A stretch of DNA of 64,000 nt. Source: Planctomycetota bacterium. GTDB taxonomy: Bacteria; Planctomycetota; MHYJ01; WSZJ01. Shown here piece after piece: positions 63,219-64,000 of this stretch. The DNA lies in contig JACPRD010000189.1 in the NCBI GenBank assembly GCA_016190145.1, positions 64-64,063 of the forward strand, read 5' to 3'. Made by a program: the position numbers and the translations under genes. Under the pieces are notes generated by a model. The model searched no databases. It was given only the letters and a program-made list of their open reading frames with translations, and was not told the DNA's origin. Position 1 is the first letter of the stretch. Every line of letters starts with the position of its first letter.

Positions 63219-64000
63219 ATGCAGGACCGCCTCCAGAAGATTCTGTCCCATGCCGGCATCGGCTCCCGCCGCCAATGCGAGGAGATCGTGGCCGCCGGCC
63301 GCGTGTCGGTGAACGGCAAGATCGTGACGGAGCTCGGCTCGAAGGCCGACCCCGCCGTGGACGACATCCGCTGCGACGGGCAACCGGTGAAGGCCGAGAT
63401 CCCGGTCTACTTCCTGCTCAACAAGCCCGAGCACGTTCTCTGCACGAACGAGCGGTCGTTCGGGAAGAAGCGCGTGATCGATCTTTTCCCCAGCATCCGC
63501 CAGCGTCTCTACACCGTCGGCCGGCTGGACTCGGAATCGACGGGGCTGATCGTCGTCACGAACGATGGCGAACTGGCCAACCGGATCGCGCATCCGCGGT
63601 ACGAGGTCGAGAAGACGTACGCGGTGACGGTGCGCGGGTGGCTGGAGGGGCCGGCGCTGGAGAAGATTCAGAAGGGCGTGTGGCTGTCGGAGGGGCGGAC
63701 GGGGCGCGCGAAAGTCCGGATTCTGAAGCGGACGCGGCAGTTCACGCATCTCGAGGTGACGATTCACGAGGGGAAGAACCGGGAAGTCCGCCGGGTGTTC
63801 GCGCGGGTGGGGCATCCGGTCACGTCGCTCGTGCGCATCCAGGTGGGGCACCTCAAACTGGGGGCGCTTCGAGAGGGCCAGTGGATACCGATCGACCGGG
63901 AGACGCTTCTCCGGAAGATCGGCCTCGATCCCGTGACGCTGGAGCCGGTGGGGCGGCGGGCCAGGCCGGAATTCGAGCGCAGGCAGCGGAAGGCGGAGGA
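63219..64000 (+). CDS. rluB: pseudouridine synthase (RluB/RsuA family), 3' end outside window
   Basis: S4 domain (RLQKILSHAGIGSRRQCEEIV), catalytic GRLDSESTGL, KTYAV, HEGKNREVRR. AAAGGA SD 8 nt upstream. The frame stays open to the window end. Confidence 0.85.
   Translation, partial: MQDRLQKILSHAGIGSRRQCEEIVAAGRVSVNGKIVTELGSKADPAVDDIRCDGQPVKAEIPVYFLLNKPEHVLCTNERSFGKKRVIDLFPSIRQRLYTVGRLDSESTGLIVVTNDGELANRIAHPRYEVEKTYAVTVRGWLEGPALEKIQKGVWLSEGRTGRAKVRILKRTRQFTHLEVTIHEGKNREVRRVFARVGHPVTSLVRIQVGHLKLGALREGQWIPIDRETLLRKIGLDPVTLEPVGRRARPEFERRQRKAE

Overview
This is a GC-rich bacterial chromosomal segment with about 50 protein-coding genes. I found no rRNA, tRNA, CRISPR array, transposase or integrase. 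The gene content suggests a Planctomycetota/PVC-like or similar uncultured lineage, by inference only. It includes Ser/Thr kinases fused to FGE-sulfatase domains, ECF sigma factors paired with kinases, DUF1570, DUF1579, prenyltransferase/squalene-oxidase-repeat and BNR proteins, and several secreted metalloprotease-like proteins. Housekeeping genes are hom-thrB-thrC, glutamine synthetase, FKBP, msrA, queC, hutU, a DEAD-box helicase and a pseudouridine synthase (3' partial). Four observations stand out. (1) At 43.8-45.8 kb, a small, separately promoted gene encodes a 49-aa protein ending in GGGE. It is followed by an intrinsic terminator and a PafA/Dop (Pup-ligase) family gene carrying a large hydrophobic insertion, and the window holds no proteasome genes. 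This is a candidate membrane-anchored pupylation-like system. (2) At 6.37-6.72 kb, a rhodanese gene has both cysteines of its Y-C-x-C-P-N-D active-site loop replaced by in-frame TGA codons. A GC-rich hairpin with a GGUCU loop follows, which makes it a candidate double-selenocysteine protein. (3) Intergenic regions contain unusually long hairpins and several dispersed or heptameric repeat families, including a 750-nt hairpin array between an ECF sigma gene and its presumed anti-sigma gene. (4) Two paralogous ECF sigma/Ser-Thr kinase pairs, a degenerate pseudokinase paralogue, and a 2111-aa protein of unknown function are present. Many long ORFs in the six-frame track are GC-driven shadow ORFs and were discarded. 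CDS ends follow the ORF track, with starts re-chosen by me. Coordinates of non-coding elements were hand-counted and may be off by a few nt.
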